A stretch of 64,000 nt of DNA from the sequence record NC_048203.1. One strand, given 5' to 3'. Both the position numbers and the translations under genes were made by a program. The notes under the pieces are model-generated. The model did no database searches, had not been told where the DNA came from, and saw only the letters and a list, made by a program, of their open reading frames with translations. The stretch is from Escherichia phage vB_Eco_mar003J3. Positions 1-9,080 of the stretch are shown here, one piece after another (the first letter of the stretch is position 1; every line of letters begins with the position of its first letter).

Positions 1-30
1 GAGCTGGAATCTAGAAACTATACCAGTACT

Positions 31-627
31 TTGCGTTATTATCTTCTCGATCAAGGTGCAACTATTGATATCTTCAGTGAAAGCTGGGGGACTATCGAAG
101 GTGCAGGCAAAGAGTATACAGAAGAGCGAATCAAAGCTATTCTGCACTCAACTCCTGAATATTGCGCACCACGTCATGCAGATGCCTATGAAGCCAAGTT
201 ACTTCTGGTTCGCTATTATCATCTGGATTCTATTAAAGATGTAACAGTGGAACACGTTGAACAGTATATCAAGGATAAACCGAATGATCGAGCTGCATTT
301 TTCCATAAGATGCACGAGATGTTCTGGGAAGATATTAAAAAGTGTTCAAACGTAACAATCAAACCGTTTATCGAAGCTCTTAAGAATAAGAAGAAAGATT
401 TCTTCCTTAAGACAGGTCAGAGCGCTAACCCAAAGTATGCTCGTATGTATCTTGGCATGATGGGTATCGGTAAAGATCTGGATACGGAAAAGATTGTGGA
501 CTGGTACAGAACTTACTGTAAGATCGAATGTATGCCGATTCCAGTTAAGTTTATGACAGATGAAGAACGTCAGATGCATGAGGAAGCTCTTGCTGAATTG
601 GGAGCTAGAAATGACAGTGAAGAATAA
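31..627 (+). CDS. hypothetical early protein, probably 5'-partial
   Basis: Long ORF in + early operon; listed start is TTG and the frame is open back to position 1, so the gene likely begins upstream of the window. Confidence 0.5.
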   Translation: MRYYLLDQGATIDIFSESWGTIEGAGKEYTEERIKAILHSTPEYCAPRHADAYEAKLLLVRYYHLDSIKDVTVEHVEQYIKDKPNDRAAFFHKMHEMFWEDIKKCSNVTIKPFIEALKNKKKDFFLKTGQSANPKYARMYLGMMGIGKDLDTEKIVDWYRTYCKIECMPIPVKFMTDEERQMHEEALAELGARNDSEE

Positions 628-844
628 AAAGTGGGAAACAAGGAAGTTTCCAGTAAAAGAACGTAAAACTTCTGTTTACGATACTGCGGAGAAACTATGT
701 AGGGTTGTACCACCTCGTCTCGCTGGCATCCCTAATGTCTCCATATGGTTACTTAAACAACGGAAGACTCGTGTGTCTCTTCGCATTGGCTTTGAGTTAG
801 ATAAAGTCTATGCTGAACTTGCTTCTTTGCTCAAAGAATCATAA
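611..844 (+). CDS. hypothetical small protein
   Basis: ATG at 611 preceded by GGAG; lies within ORF-track frame 560..844; overlaps the stop of the upstream gene. Confidence 0.4.
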   Translation: MTVKNKKWETRKFPVKERKTSVYDTAEKLCRVVPPRLAGIPNVSIWLLKQRKTRVSLRIGFELDKVYAELASLLKES

Positions 845-853
845 AAATTTTAT

Positions 854-882
854 TTGCTTTCAGGAAAAATTTTCTGTATAAT
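854..882 (+). promoter_or_regulatory. T5-type strong sigma70 promoter, PN25-like
   Basis: TTGCTT-17 bp-TATAAT followed by ATAGATTCATAAATTTGAGAGAGGAGTT; near-identical to the T5 PN25 promoter as I recall it. Confidence 0.8.
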
Positions 883-913
883 AGATTCATAAATTTGAGA
901 GAGGAGTTTAAAT

Positions 914-1618
914 ATGGCTGGTTCTCGTAGAAAGAAACTTATCCATGAAATCCCTGATGAAACCTTTAAAAAGGTCATTGAACATCTGGAGAACGGTGGT
1001 ACTAAGAAAGCAGCATGTGAGATGCTCGGTGTTTCTTCTAACCCAACTATGGAACGAATGATCGAAGAATGGAGAGATCGTCAGGTTCAAGTTGCGGAAA
1101 TGAAAAAGAAGAAGCGTGGAACACTGATTGAGGGTGTTGAGCTTGCAAACGTAATTGAACAGTATCTTTCTGGTGATTCTTTTGAAGAAATTGCTGATCG
1201 TAACTATCGTTCTGTAGCGATGATTAAATCTGTTCTGGAACGTTATGGTGCTCTGCTTCGTTTAAACGATATTGTTGATCCATTGAATCCTCCGTTGATT
1301 CCTGATGATGCAATGGCAGAAGAATTTGAAGTTGGTGAACTTGTTTGGGTTCCTGGCTATCAGTGTATTGGTGAAATCAAGAAAGCAATGACCAACCCAG
1401 TTGGCTGCTACCGTGTTTGGTTGTTATCAGAAGGTAAACAACAGAACGTTCACTATATGCACTACGAATTAGCTTCTGTTAAACATCTGGAAAAGCTGGG
1501 TGTTGATGTTAAGGCTCTGGGCTTTAAGTGGAGTCGTGAAGAAGTTATCACGTTGGTTAATGAAGCTGTTAAAGCTGCCCTGAAACTAGATAAAGAGAAA
1601 GGAAAACGTCGTGAGTAA
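914..1618 (+). CDS. hypothetical early protein, possible HTH DNA-binding
   Basis: 234-aa ORF just downstream of PN25-like promoter; RBS GAGGAG; N-terminal basic region. Confidence 0.6.
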   Translation: MAGSRRKKLIHEIPDETFKKVIEHLENGGTKKAACEMLGVSSNPTMERMIEEWRDRQVQVAEMKKKKRGTLIEGVELANVIEQYLSGDSFEEIADRNYRSVAMIKSVLERYGALLRLNDIVDPLNPPLIPDDAMAEEFEVGELVWVPGYQCIGEIKKAMTNPVGCYRVWLLSEGKQQNVHYMHYELASVKHLEKLGVDVKALGFKWSREEVITLVNEAVKAALKLDKEKGKRRE

Positions 1619-1847
1619 ACTAACTGATCTGTTAAAAGCTGGAGACGTAAAATATCTCCAGCGAACTAGTTGGGAAAATAATAAAGATTACACAGTAATC
1701 CTGAAATTCTTTGTAGATAGCAATACCGTACGCCAGTACGTGTGGATGCCTTTTGATACATCATTATTCCCAAGTGATGAAGTGTGTGAACTAACCCTAG
1801 AAGAAGCCCTGGCCGACGATTGGGAGATCGTTGAACTAGATGTGTAG
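1611..1847 (+). CDS. hypothetical protein
   Basis: 78-aa ORF with GTG start overlapping the upstream stop; AAGGAAA RBS. Confidence 0.4.
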   Translation: MSKLTDLLKAGDVKYLQRTSWENNKDYTVILKFFVDSNTVRQYVWMPFDTSLFPSDEVCELTLEEALADDWEIVELDV

Positions 1848-1867
1848 CAGTTACTGAAAAATTTCAG

Positions 1868-1896
1868 TTGCTTAATCCTGTAATTCTTGATATAAT
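1868..1896 (+). promoter_or_regulatory. T5-type sigma70 promoter
   Basis: TTGCTT-17 bp-TATAAT upstream of ORF 1955. Confidence 0.6.
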
Positions 1897-1954
1897 ATTC
1901 TCATAGTTTGAAAGAACTATTCTGTTTAATTCTTAATTAAGGAAATCGAAAAAT

Positions 1955-2365
1955 ATGACTACTCCAACTCAGTGGACTGATGAACTGTTCGAAAAAATGT
2001 CTTCCGACTACGTTGCTCGTATGGAGCAATTCCCAGAAGATGAGCGTCCGGGCGTTAGCATGGAAATTGTTAGCGAAATTGCTCAGGAAAATGGTGTAAC
2101 TCCGAACGGTTTCCGTATGAAGCTGACCAAAGCAGGTCTGTATATCAAGAAAGCTGCTGGCTCTACTTCTAAATCAAGCGCATCTACTGGAGAAAAAGCT
2201 TCTGGTGGTTCTCGTACTTCCAAAGCTCAGGCTCACTCCGATCTTCGCTCTGCATTCTCTGATGCTGGCTTAGCCCCGGACTTCCTGGACGACGCAATCA
2301 TCGACAAGCTGACCGGTAAAGCAGCTGCTCATCTGGCAGAAGCTATCCGAGCTATCACTAAGTAA
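1955..2365 (+). CDS. hypothetical protein, Ala/Ser-rich
   Basis: 136-aa ORF with RBS; shares short Ala-rich stretches with ORF 5282..6049. Confidence 0.5.
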   Translation: MTTPTQWTDELFEKMSSDYVARMEQFPEDERPGVSMEIVSEIAQENGVTPNGFRMKLTKAGLYIKKAAGSTSKSSASTGEKASGGSRTSKAQAHSDLRSAFSDAGLAPDFLDDAIIDKLTGKAAAHLAEAIRAITK

Positions 2366-2401
2366 TTCTTAGATAAATCCACCAACACAAGGAATACAGT
2401 T

Positions 2402-2698
2402 ATGAATAAAGCTGAAATTATTGCTCAATGCGAAAAATTTGGTGAGTTTTATCTTCATTACGAAAAACTTCGTCAGAAAGGAACCACGTACCTTCAGGGT
2501 ACGATGGAATTTGATCCAGCTCAGGATAAATACCTGGCTGAGCGTATTAAACGTGAGCGCATCCGTAAGCCGAAAGAAGATGAAATCCTCGTTTTCTCTC
2601 GTACTAATGATAGCTTCCGTTTCATTCCTGTTGCGAAAGTTCGCCGTGTGACGAGCCTCCAGTCAGAGTTAGATCGTGCTTCTCCAGTAGGCCGATAA
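2402..2698 (+). CDS. hypothetical protein
   Basis: 98-aa ORF followed by an intrinsic terminator. Confidence 0.5.
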   Translation: MNKAEIIAQCEKFGEFYLHYEKLRQKGTTYLQGTMEFDPAQDKYLAERIKRERIRKPKEDEILVFSRTNDSFRFIPVAKVRRVTSLQSELDRASPVGR

Positions 2699-2709
2699 GA
2701 AACCAATTA

Positions 2710-2729
2710 GCCCCTATATGGGGCTTTTT
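2710..2729 (+). terminator. rho-independent terminator
   Basis: GCCCC-TATAT-GGGGC hairpin followed by TTTTT. Confidence 0.7.
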
Positions 2730-2748
2730 GTGTATTTGGGATATGTAA

Positions 2749-3057
2749 ATGAGCGATCAGGTAAATCAAAACTATGAAGGACACGTTGACGACCAGTCCA
2801 TCATGCTTTGGGAGAAGGAGGGGGAACAAGTAAGACTAACCGTATCTGAATTTCGTGGGAATCTATACATGGGAATTCGTTACTGGCTCCAAGATATTAC
2901 TGGAGAGTGGTTTCCAACGAAATCCGGCTTCTCTTTTCCTTATACCCTAGAAACTACATCACAGCTATTCTACGCTTTTACGCAAATCCTCAGTGAATCA
3001 GAGGTCTTGCATGAAGTACAGAAACGAGCTGAAGAACTCAAAGCCAAGAATGTCTAG
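2749..3057 (+). CDS. hypothetical protein
   Basis: 102-aa ORF; terminator hairpin overlaps its 3' end. Confidence 0.5.
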   Translation: MSDQVNQNYEGHVDDQSIMLWEKEGEQVRLTVSEFRGNLYMGIRYWLQDITGEWFPTKSGFSFPYTLETTSQLFYAFTQILSESEVLHEVQKRAEELKAKNV

Positions 3058-3072
3058 TTCTTGGCTTTTTCT
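3043..3072 (+). terminator. rho-independent terminator
   Basis: GCCAAGAA-loop-TTCTTGGC hairpin followed by T-run. Confidence 0.65.
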
Positions 3073-3084
3073 TTATAAATGTAC

Positions 3085-3113
3085 TTGCTTTCGACTCAGT
3101 TTTCATATATAAT
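3085..3113 (+). promoter_or_regulatory. T5-type sigma70 promoter
   Basis: TTGCTT-17 bp-TATAAT followed by ATTTATATAAATTGATGAGAGG conserved downstream box. Confidence 0.7.
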
Positions 3114-3142
3114 ATTTATATAAATTGATGAGAGGATCAATT

Positions 3143-3343
3143 ATGGCAATGACAATAACACTTCCAAAGATTCAAGCAAAACTTAATTTGCTCTCCATAG
3201 CAAGAATCAATTACCAGGATAGTATCGGCACTCCAAACCAGAAAGCGTACAAAGATGCGTGGTTGAAAGAAGCTGCTGATTTAGCTGGTATGGCTGCGCA
3301 GTATAGTAAAGAACTCAAAATGGAAATCGCAGATGATGAATAA
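3143..3343 (+). CDS. hypothetical small protein
   Basis: ATG at 3143 with GAGAGGA RBS; inside ORF-track frame 3125..3343. Confidence 0.4.
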   Translation: MAMTITLPKIQAKLNLLSIARINYQDSIGTPNQKAYKDAWLKEAADLAGMAAQYSKELKMEIADDE

Positions 3344-4307
3344 TGTAAAAGACTTTATTAAACGTTGTCAAGAAGCGTACTACCAGGGAATGAGTCTTAT
3401 TTCCGATGAAGAATATGATCGTCTGATTAAAAGATTCCCACTAGAGGAAGAAATCGGACCGAAAGGTGATATCCCTCATTTGTATCGTATGTATTCTTTG
3501 CAGAAAGTCTATTACGATCGTGGTGATAAAGCTCCATTCAACCCACTTGGTCAGGTTGAAACTGATAAGTTAGATGGTTGTGCGATTTCTCTATTATATA
3601 TTAATGGTGAGTTTGTTCAAGCGTTAACTCGTGGTAACGGTATTCTAGGAAATGATGTAACGCATAATGTTAAAATGCTGAACATCCCCAAAACTATTTC
3701 CCAAAAAGTACCAACTCAAATCACTGGTGAAGTTCTCATTACTAAAGAAGTAGAGAACAAACGTAACTATGCTTCTGGTGCTATTAACCTGAAAGATAGT
3801 GATGATTTCATGCAACGTATTGGTGAAGGTGGTTTAATCTTCGTTGCATATGGTATCCAGTGTTCAGCGGAAACAGTCGGTATTACAGAAGCCTATTTAA
3901 AAGATATGCTTTGGCTAGAGAATGAGAACTTCTTGACAGTTGTTAATGTTCGTTCCTTTTTTAAATGGATTCCGACGGACGGTAAAGTTGTTCGTATTAA
4001 CGACAACAATAAATTCTTCCGTGAAGGTTGGACTAATAAATTTCCTCGTGGTGCATTTGCTATTAAAGAGGATGAAGAAGGCGAAATTACCACACTTGTT
4101 AAAGTTGAATGGCAAGTAGGGGCTTCTGGTAAAGTAACTCCAGTTGGTTATTTCGAGCCGGTGATTATTGATGATGCCACAATCGTTAAAGCAACTCTTA
4201 ATAACGTTGATTATATTAACGCTCTCGATTTAGAGATCGGTTGCCAGATTCGAGTGATTCGTGCTGGTGGTGTAATCCCTTGTATAGTAGAGCGAGTATA
4301 CGACTAA
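3333..4307 (+). CDS. NAD-dependent DNA ligase, N-terminal (adenylation/OB) subunit
   Basis: KLDG adenylation motif in VETDKLDGCAISL, typical LigA N-terminal region; ends before the Zn-finger/HhH/BRCT part. Confidence 0.8.
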   Translation: MMNNVKDFIKRCQEAYYQGMSLISDEEYDRLIKRFPLEEEIGPKGDIPHLYRMYSLQKVYYDRGDKAPFNPLGQVETDKLDGCAISLLYINGEFVQALTRGNGILGNDVTHNVKMLNIPKTISQKVPTQITGEVLITKEVENKRNYASGAINLKDSDDFMQRIGEGGLIFVAYGIQCSAETVGITEAYLKDMLWLENENFLTVVNVRSFFKWIPTDGKVVRINDNNKFFREGWTNKFPRGAFAIKEDEEGEITTLVKVEWQVGASGKVTPVGYFEPVIIDDATIVKATLNNVDYINALDLEIGCQIRVIRAGGVIPCIVERVYD

Positions 4308-4357
4308 TTCGTAACCCTTTGCTACCCGTTTACCATGTCGGAATTATAAAGTGGTTA

Positions 4358-4386
4358 TTGACATTTTCGCCGCTTAGGTATATACT
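4358..4386 (+). promoter_or_regulatory. sigma70-like promoter
   Basis: TTGACA-17 bp-TATACT in the spacer between the two ligase ORFs. Confidence 0.45.
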
Positions 4387-4450
4387 ATTATCATTCAGTT
4401 GAGGGATAGAAAGTTATGGCGAGGGTAAGCAAAGTTAGTTAAAATTGTAG

Positions 4451-4479
4451 TTGCTAAATGCTTAAATACTTGTTATAAT
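4451..4479 (+). promoter_or_regulatory. T5-type sigma70 promoter
   Basis: TTGCTA-17 bp-TATAAT followed by ATTTATATAAATTGATAAGGAAG. Confidence 0.65.
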
Positions 4480-4509
4480 ATTTATATAAATTGATAAGGA
4501 AGAAATTTG

Positions 4510-5289
4510 ATGAAAATCGAAATTCCAACACAATGTCCCTCTTGTGGTTCTAAGCTAGATCTTGTCAACGGGCAATTATTCTGTAGGAATAAGTCCAACT
4601 GTCCAGCACAATCAAGTAAGTTAATCGAGAACTTCTGCACAAAAATGAAGTTAAAGGGCTTTGGCCCGAAAACTATTGAGAAGCTGGAACTGACCAAGAT
4701 CTCAGAACTGTTTTACCTGACCGAAGAAGATTTGGTCGGAGCTGTGGGTAGCAAGGTTGCCGCTAAGTTGATTAGCGAGTTAAATACTAAGGTTCGCGGA
4801 GACATTGACTTTGGTTCGGTTCTCGGTTCTTTAGGAATTCCTCTTATTGGAGAGGTTGCAGCAAAGAAACTGTCCCAAAATTGCACTAGCTTCCACGATG
4901 TGAAGGCTGACGGCAAGGCTGGAGAAAATTACAAAACCTGGCTAAATTCCCCACAAGGCAAGGATGTTATTGAATTACCCTGGAAATTCTCAACTGGTAT
5001 TCGAGGTACTAAAGCTGATATCATCATTACGGATGATTTAGTTGCCCAGCCAAATGGAATCACGATCTGTATTACCGGATCTTTGCAAGATTTTGCAAAT
5101 CGAACGGATGCAACAAACTATTTAGAAAGTCTAGGATATACGGTTAAGAAATCCGTTACCAAAGACGTCAAATACCTAATCTGTGAGGATGAATCAAAAC
5201 GTTCTTCCTCATCTTATAAGAAAGCCGAAACGAATGGGATAGAAATCCTGTCGATTAAAGAACTATTGGAGAAAAATAATAATGTCTAA
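4510..5289 (+). CDS. NAD-dependent DNA ligase, C-terminal (Zn-finger/HhH/BRCT) subunit
   Basis: CPSCGSKL...C...C zinc finger, helix-hairpin-helix region and C-terminal BRCT-like segment; ATG 4510 with AAGGAAG RBS. Confidence 0.8.
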   Translation: MKIEIPTQCPSCGSKLDLVNGQLFCRNKSNCPAQSSKLIENFCTKMKLKGFGPKTIEKLELTKISELFYLTEEDLVGAVGSKVAAKLISELNTKVRGDIDFGSVLGSLGIPLIGEVAAKKLSQNCTSFHDVKADGKAGENYKTWLNSPQGKDVIELPWKFSTGIRGTKADIIITDDLVAQPNGITICITGSLQDFANRTDATNYLESLGYTVKKSVTKDVKYLICEDESKRSSSSYKKAETNGIEILSIKELLEKNNNV

Positions 5290-6049
5290 ACTGAACTGGA
5301 ACGTAGAAGGTGTAACCGAGTCTCTGAAAGCAAAAGCCACTGCTCTGGGTGTTGCTGTAATCTCTCAAGAACAAGTAGCTGCTATCGCTGCTGAACTGGC
5401 TACCGAGACTGGTAAAGACGTTACCGCTCGCTCTGTTGGCTCTAAGCTGCGTAAAGAAGGTTTCGAAGTACAGAAAGCTAACGAAGTACAGAAATCCCCG
5501 TGGACTCCTGAGCAGGAAGCTGAACTAGTTGATTTCCTGAACGCTCATGCTGGTCAGTATACTTACGCTGAAATCGCTGCTGCTGTAGCTGGTGGTCAGT
5601 TCGGTACTAAGCAGGTACAGGGTAAGATCCTGAGTCTGGAAATGACTGCTTCTGTTAAGCCAACTGAAAAAGCTGCTGCTGTTCGTTCCTTCACTCCTGA
5701 CGAAGAAACTGATTTCGTTAATCAGGTTGTTGCTGGTGCTACTATTGAAGCTATCGCTGCTCACTTCGGTCGTAATATTAAGCAGATCCGTGGTAAAGCT
5801 CTGAGCCTGCTTCGTGAAGGTCGTATCGCTGCTATGCCGGTACAGGAAACATCAAGTGCTAAGACTCGTGAAGATCTGTTAGAAGGTCTGGATCTGGCTT
5901 CCATGACTGTTGCAGAAGTTGCTGAGAAAACTGGTAAGTCTGAGCGCGGTGTTAAATCTATGCTGTCTCGTCGTGGTCTGGTTGCTAAGGACTATGATGG
6001 TGCTGCTAAGCGTGCTAAACTGGATGCAAAAGCTGCGGCTGCTGAATAA
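5282..6049 (+). CDS. D5-like DNA-binding protein (three internal repeats)
   Basis: 255-aa Ala/Lys-rich protein with three repeated ~70-aa units; size and position resemble T5 D5; inference. Confidence 0.5.
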   Translation: MSKLNWNVEGVTESLKAKATALGVAVISQEQVAAIAAELATETGKDVTARSVGSKLRKEGFEVQKANEVQKSPWTPEQEAELVDFLNAHAGQYTYAEIAAAVAGGQFGTKQVQGKILSLEMTASVKPTEKAAAVRSFTPDEETDFVNQVVAGATIEAIAAHFGRNIKQIRGKALSLLREGRIAAMPVQETSSAKTREDLLEGLDLASMTVAEVAEKTGKSERGVKSMLSRRGLVAKDYDGAAKRAKLDAKAAAAE

Positions 6050-6066
6050 TCTGGTAAATTAAACCT

Positions 6067-6098
6067 AAGGGGAGGGGGCTATGCTCCTTCCCCTTTTT
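6067..6098 (+). terminator. rho-independent terminator
   Basis: GC-rich imperfect hairpin (AAGGGGAGG...CTCCTTCCCC) followed by TTTTT. Confidence 0.55.
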
Positions 6099-7604
6099 GC
6101 ATTTAGAAGGCACGAAAGCGTGCAAAGGAGAATGACCTTGTTTAACGTGCAAGCTGTAGTGTTGAAGATGCTTCTCGCTTCTGAACAGAAGCAAATAGCA
6201 TTGGAAACATTCTCAAAACTGCATAAAGATCATTTTAATGACGCTTTCTCCTCAATTTACCAAGCCGTCCAGAATTATTATAAGAAATATAACGCAATGC
6301 CGTCCATTGACGCACTGATGCTTGAGGCCAATAGGAACGCCCGCCTTTCTCAAGCTCTTGTCGTCTTAGCTAACACTCAAATTCCAGAAGTGAGCATGGA
6401 ACAGGCACTTGAAGTCCTAGAAGCTGAATATACACAGGATCTATTCCTGAAACTTCTAGAAACAGACGTGCTTCAAGATTTAACAATGCTGGATCAGGGA
6501 GAAATTCTCAATCGAGTTGCCTCCCTTCACTTAAAATTAGAAGAGAAAGTAACGAATACTGGAAAGGTATTCAACGCAGACACAATGCGTATTTTCCAGA
6601 GAGAAGAAGATACCAAACTGAACTTGATCGCTCTTGGTATTTGTAATGAGTTCGACGCTCAAATTGGTTTAGCTCGCACAGAAACGTTACTGCTTGGTGG
6701 TTGGCGTGGTACTGGTAAATCCATTATCTGTTCAAACATACAGGTTCAGCAATATTTGAATGGGGATATTGCTCCATACTTCTCAATTGAGATGAAAGAA
6801 CATGAAGTATTTAGACGTAATCTAGCCATGTTAGCTGGCGTATCAGCACTAGCAATGCGTAATAATACTCTAGAAGGTGCAGCTCTGTTGAGATTAGCCA
6901 GAACTAGAGCTAGGATGTTTAACGGCGGTGAAGAGCTTTTCGATAACTTCGTTAAACAGTACACAATGGCTAAGATGAGTGATTTCTACGATATGGAAAG
7001 TAAGCTAATAGAAGGGTATGAGCTACATACTCCTATGATTATTGTTTATGACCCTGAACTGTCCATTACAACAGTTGACGTAGAATTAAATAAATTAGTT
7101 GCTAGATATGGTGATAAAGTTACAGTAGCTTTACTGGACTATATTAACCAAACCCGACTTCCAGACTCTAAAACCATTGATATGTATGACTGGAAAGAAC
7201 AGATGGTTGTTAGCTCGTCTTTCAAATCTATCTGCCAGAAACATAACGTGGCTGGTGTAGCCCCTTACCAGATCGATCAAGATGGTAGAACACGTATGTC
7301 AAAGGGGATTCTTGATTCCGCAGACATGGCTGCTAATCTTAATGCTGCAAAAGCTGATAATGGTCAAGGTGCTATTATGTTTGACTTCGTTAAGACCCGT
7401 TCTTCTGATAGCGTGAAGTTTATGCCTAAAATGAACTGGGAAACCCTACGGATGGATAACACTACCAACCTAGCAATGGAAGATATATCTCAAATGGAAG
7501 CTGAGTTCGTTATCCCTATTGAGAAGGATAAGCCGGCTCAATCTAAACGTGCTAAGAAAGACAAAGCTGAAAATTCAACAGGTGAACAGGCCAGCGATAT
7601 ATGA
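6081..7604 (+). CDS. DnaB-like replicative helicase
   Basis: Walker A GWRGTGKS and RecA-like core; listed ATG 6081 lies inside the terminator hairpin, so the true start is probably downstream (e.g. MTLFNVQ). Confidence 0.75.
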   Translation: MLLPLFAFRRHESVQRRMTLFNVQAVVLKMLLASEQKQIALETFSKLHKDHFNDAFSSIYQAVQNYYKKYNAMPSIDALMLEANRNARLSQALVVLANTQIPEVSMEQALEVLEAEYTQDLFLKLLETDVLQDLTMLDQGEILNRVASLHLKLEEKVTNTGKVFNADTMRIFQREEDTKLNLIALGICNEFDAQIGLARTETLLLGGWRGTGKSIICSNIQVQQYLNGDIAPYFSIEMKEHEVFRRNLAMLAGVSALAMRNNTLEGAALLRLARTRARMFNGGEELFDNFVKQYTMAKMSDFYDMESKLIEGYELHTPMIIVYDPELSITTVDVELNKLVARYGDKVTVALLDYINQTRLPDSKTIDMYDWKEQMVVSSSFKSICQKHNVAGVAPYQIDQDGRTRMSKGILDSADMAANLNAAKADNGQGAIMFDFVKTRSSDSVKFMPKMNWETLRMDNTTNLAMEDISQMEAEFVIPIEKDKPAQSKRAKKDKAENSTGEQASDI

Positions 7605-8131
7605 TAACACAGGAACGACTAAAAGAACTGTTTGACTACTCCCCAGATACTGGGGAGTTTACTAGAAAAGTATCTAGAGGCAATCAGAAAGCTGGTAGTA
7701 TTGCGGGTACTCTAGATAGTGGATACATACGGATAAAGGTAGATAGAAAATTATACTTTGCACACCAACTAGCCTTCCTATATATGGAAGGATATATGCC
7801 AGAGGAAGTAGACCATATTAATCGAATTACTTGGGATAATAGATGGATTAATATTAGGCCATCCACCCGGCAAGAAAATAGCAGAAATAAAACAGCTAGA
7901 AGTAAATCTGGATACTTGGGAGTTTTCTGGTTTAAGCGGGATCACAAATGGCATGTAAGAGTAGTAAATTCTATGGGAGAAAAAGTTCACGGTGGGCTCT
8001 TTAATTACGCAGATCTAAAGCTTGCAGTCACTAAAGCCAATGAACTACGTCTACAATTACATGGAGAAAATGCTGTTCAAGAGATCTTTGATCCAACTAA
8101 GTATCCTTCACTGGAGGAGTTAAATTCATGA
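7601..8131 (+). CDS. HNH homing endonuclease with AP2-like domain
   Basis: EVDHINRITWDNRWINIRPSTRQENSRNK HNH motif plus AP2-like GYLGVFWFK; 4-bp overlaps with both neighbours. Confidence 0.75.
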   Translation: MITQERLKELFDYSPDTGEFTRKVSRGNQKAGSIAGTLDSGYIRIKVDRKLYFAHQLAFLYMEGYMPEEVDHINRITWDNRWINIRPSTRQENSRNKTARSKSGYLGVFWFKRDHKWHVRVVNSMGEKVHGGLFNYADLKLAVTKANELRLQLHGENAVQEIFDPTKYPSLEELNS

Positions 8132-9018
8132 GTCGAATAACAGAATTACTTGATCTTAAGGGAATTGAGTATAAAGATACTGGTGGAGATATTTTAATCT
8201 GTTGCTTAAATCCAGATCATGACGATAAACACCCAAGTTTGCGTATTGACCCTGAAACAGGTATTATGCACTGCTTGAGTTGTGGCTTCGGTAAAGGTAT
8301 ACCGAGCATTTACCATTATTTTAATGAGACTCAGTACCGACAGTCCCCAAGGCTATCGCAAGTACGTAAAAAGATTTCAGAGATTAGGAATGGATCAACG
8401 AATCTTGCAATTCCTGAATCTGCTTACCTTTTCGAAGGTGATTTCCGAGGTATAAGTTCTAAGACCTTGAAGAAATATTTTGCTTTCCAACACCAAGCAG
8501 ACTGGGAAGGCAGAATTGTATTCCCAATCACAGATGCTGTTGGACGCAATATCCTATTTTTGGGTCGTTCTATAAACAGTTCTGCCCCTCCTAAATACTT
8601 AGTAAAACCAAAACAAGTTTCACCGCCAATTTTTCCTGTACGATATAATACTCCAGTTCTTATTCTAGTTGAAGGCATCTTTGATATGCTGAACCTAGAG
8701 GATAATGGTATAGACTATGCTTCTTGCTGCTTTGGTACACATCAGTTTACTTCGGATAACATTGCAGATAAGTTCAGTCCTTATATTATTGCCGGTGTAA
8801 AAGTTGTTGTTATCTTACTAGATAATGATGCTTCTGGTAATAAAGCTGCCCAGGCTCTAGCAAAATTAATTCGTACAAAAACGCGTTTAACACCTGTAGT
8901 TGCTAACTTTCTTCTTCCTGAAGGTAAAGACCCTGGTGACTTAAATAAAGAAGAGATTGATATGTTAGCAAAACGTATTGAAATTTTAGTTGCTGAATCA
9001 CTTAAAGATTTGGTATAA
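8128..9018 (+). CDS. DNA primase (DnaG-like, zinc-binding + Toprim)
   Basis: CCLNPDHDDKHPSLRIDPETGIMHCLSCGFGKG zinc ribbon; Toprim-like LILVEGIFDMLNL ... ILLDNDASG. Confidence 0.75.
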   Translation: MSRITELLDLKGIEYKDTGGDILICCLNPDHDDKHPSLRIDPETGIMHCLSCGFGKGIPSIYHYFNETQYRQSPRLSQVRKKISEIRNGSTNLAIPESAYLFEGDFRGISSKTLKKYFAFQHQADWEGRIVFPITDAVGRNILFLGRSINSSAPPKYLVKPKQVSPPIFPVRYNTPVLILVEGIFDMLNLEDNGIDYASCCFGTHQFTSDNIADKFSPYIIAGVKVVVILLDNDASGNKAAQALAKLIRTKTRLTPVVANFLLPEGKDPGDLNKEEIDMLAKRIEILVAESLKDLV

Positions 9019-9080
9019 TATATTGGTAAGTTAGAGAAGAAACACTGAAGTTATACTTACTTACCAAGAGGAGATTAAAT

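Noticed and set aside
6081-6131. ATG at 6081 as the helicase start codon
   Set aside because: This ATG sits inside the stem of the upstream terminator hairpin and the first ~17 residues look non-native; the real start is probably a downstream Met. The listed coordinates were kept but flagged.
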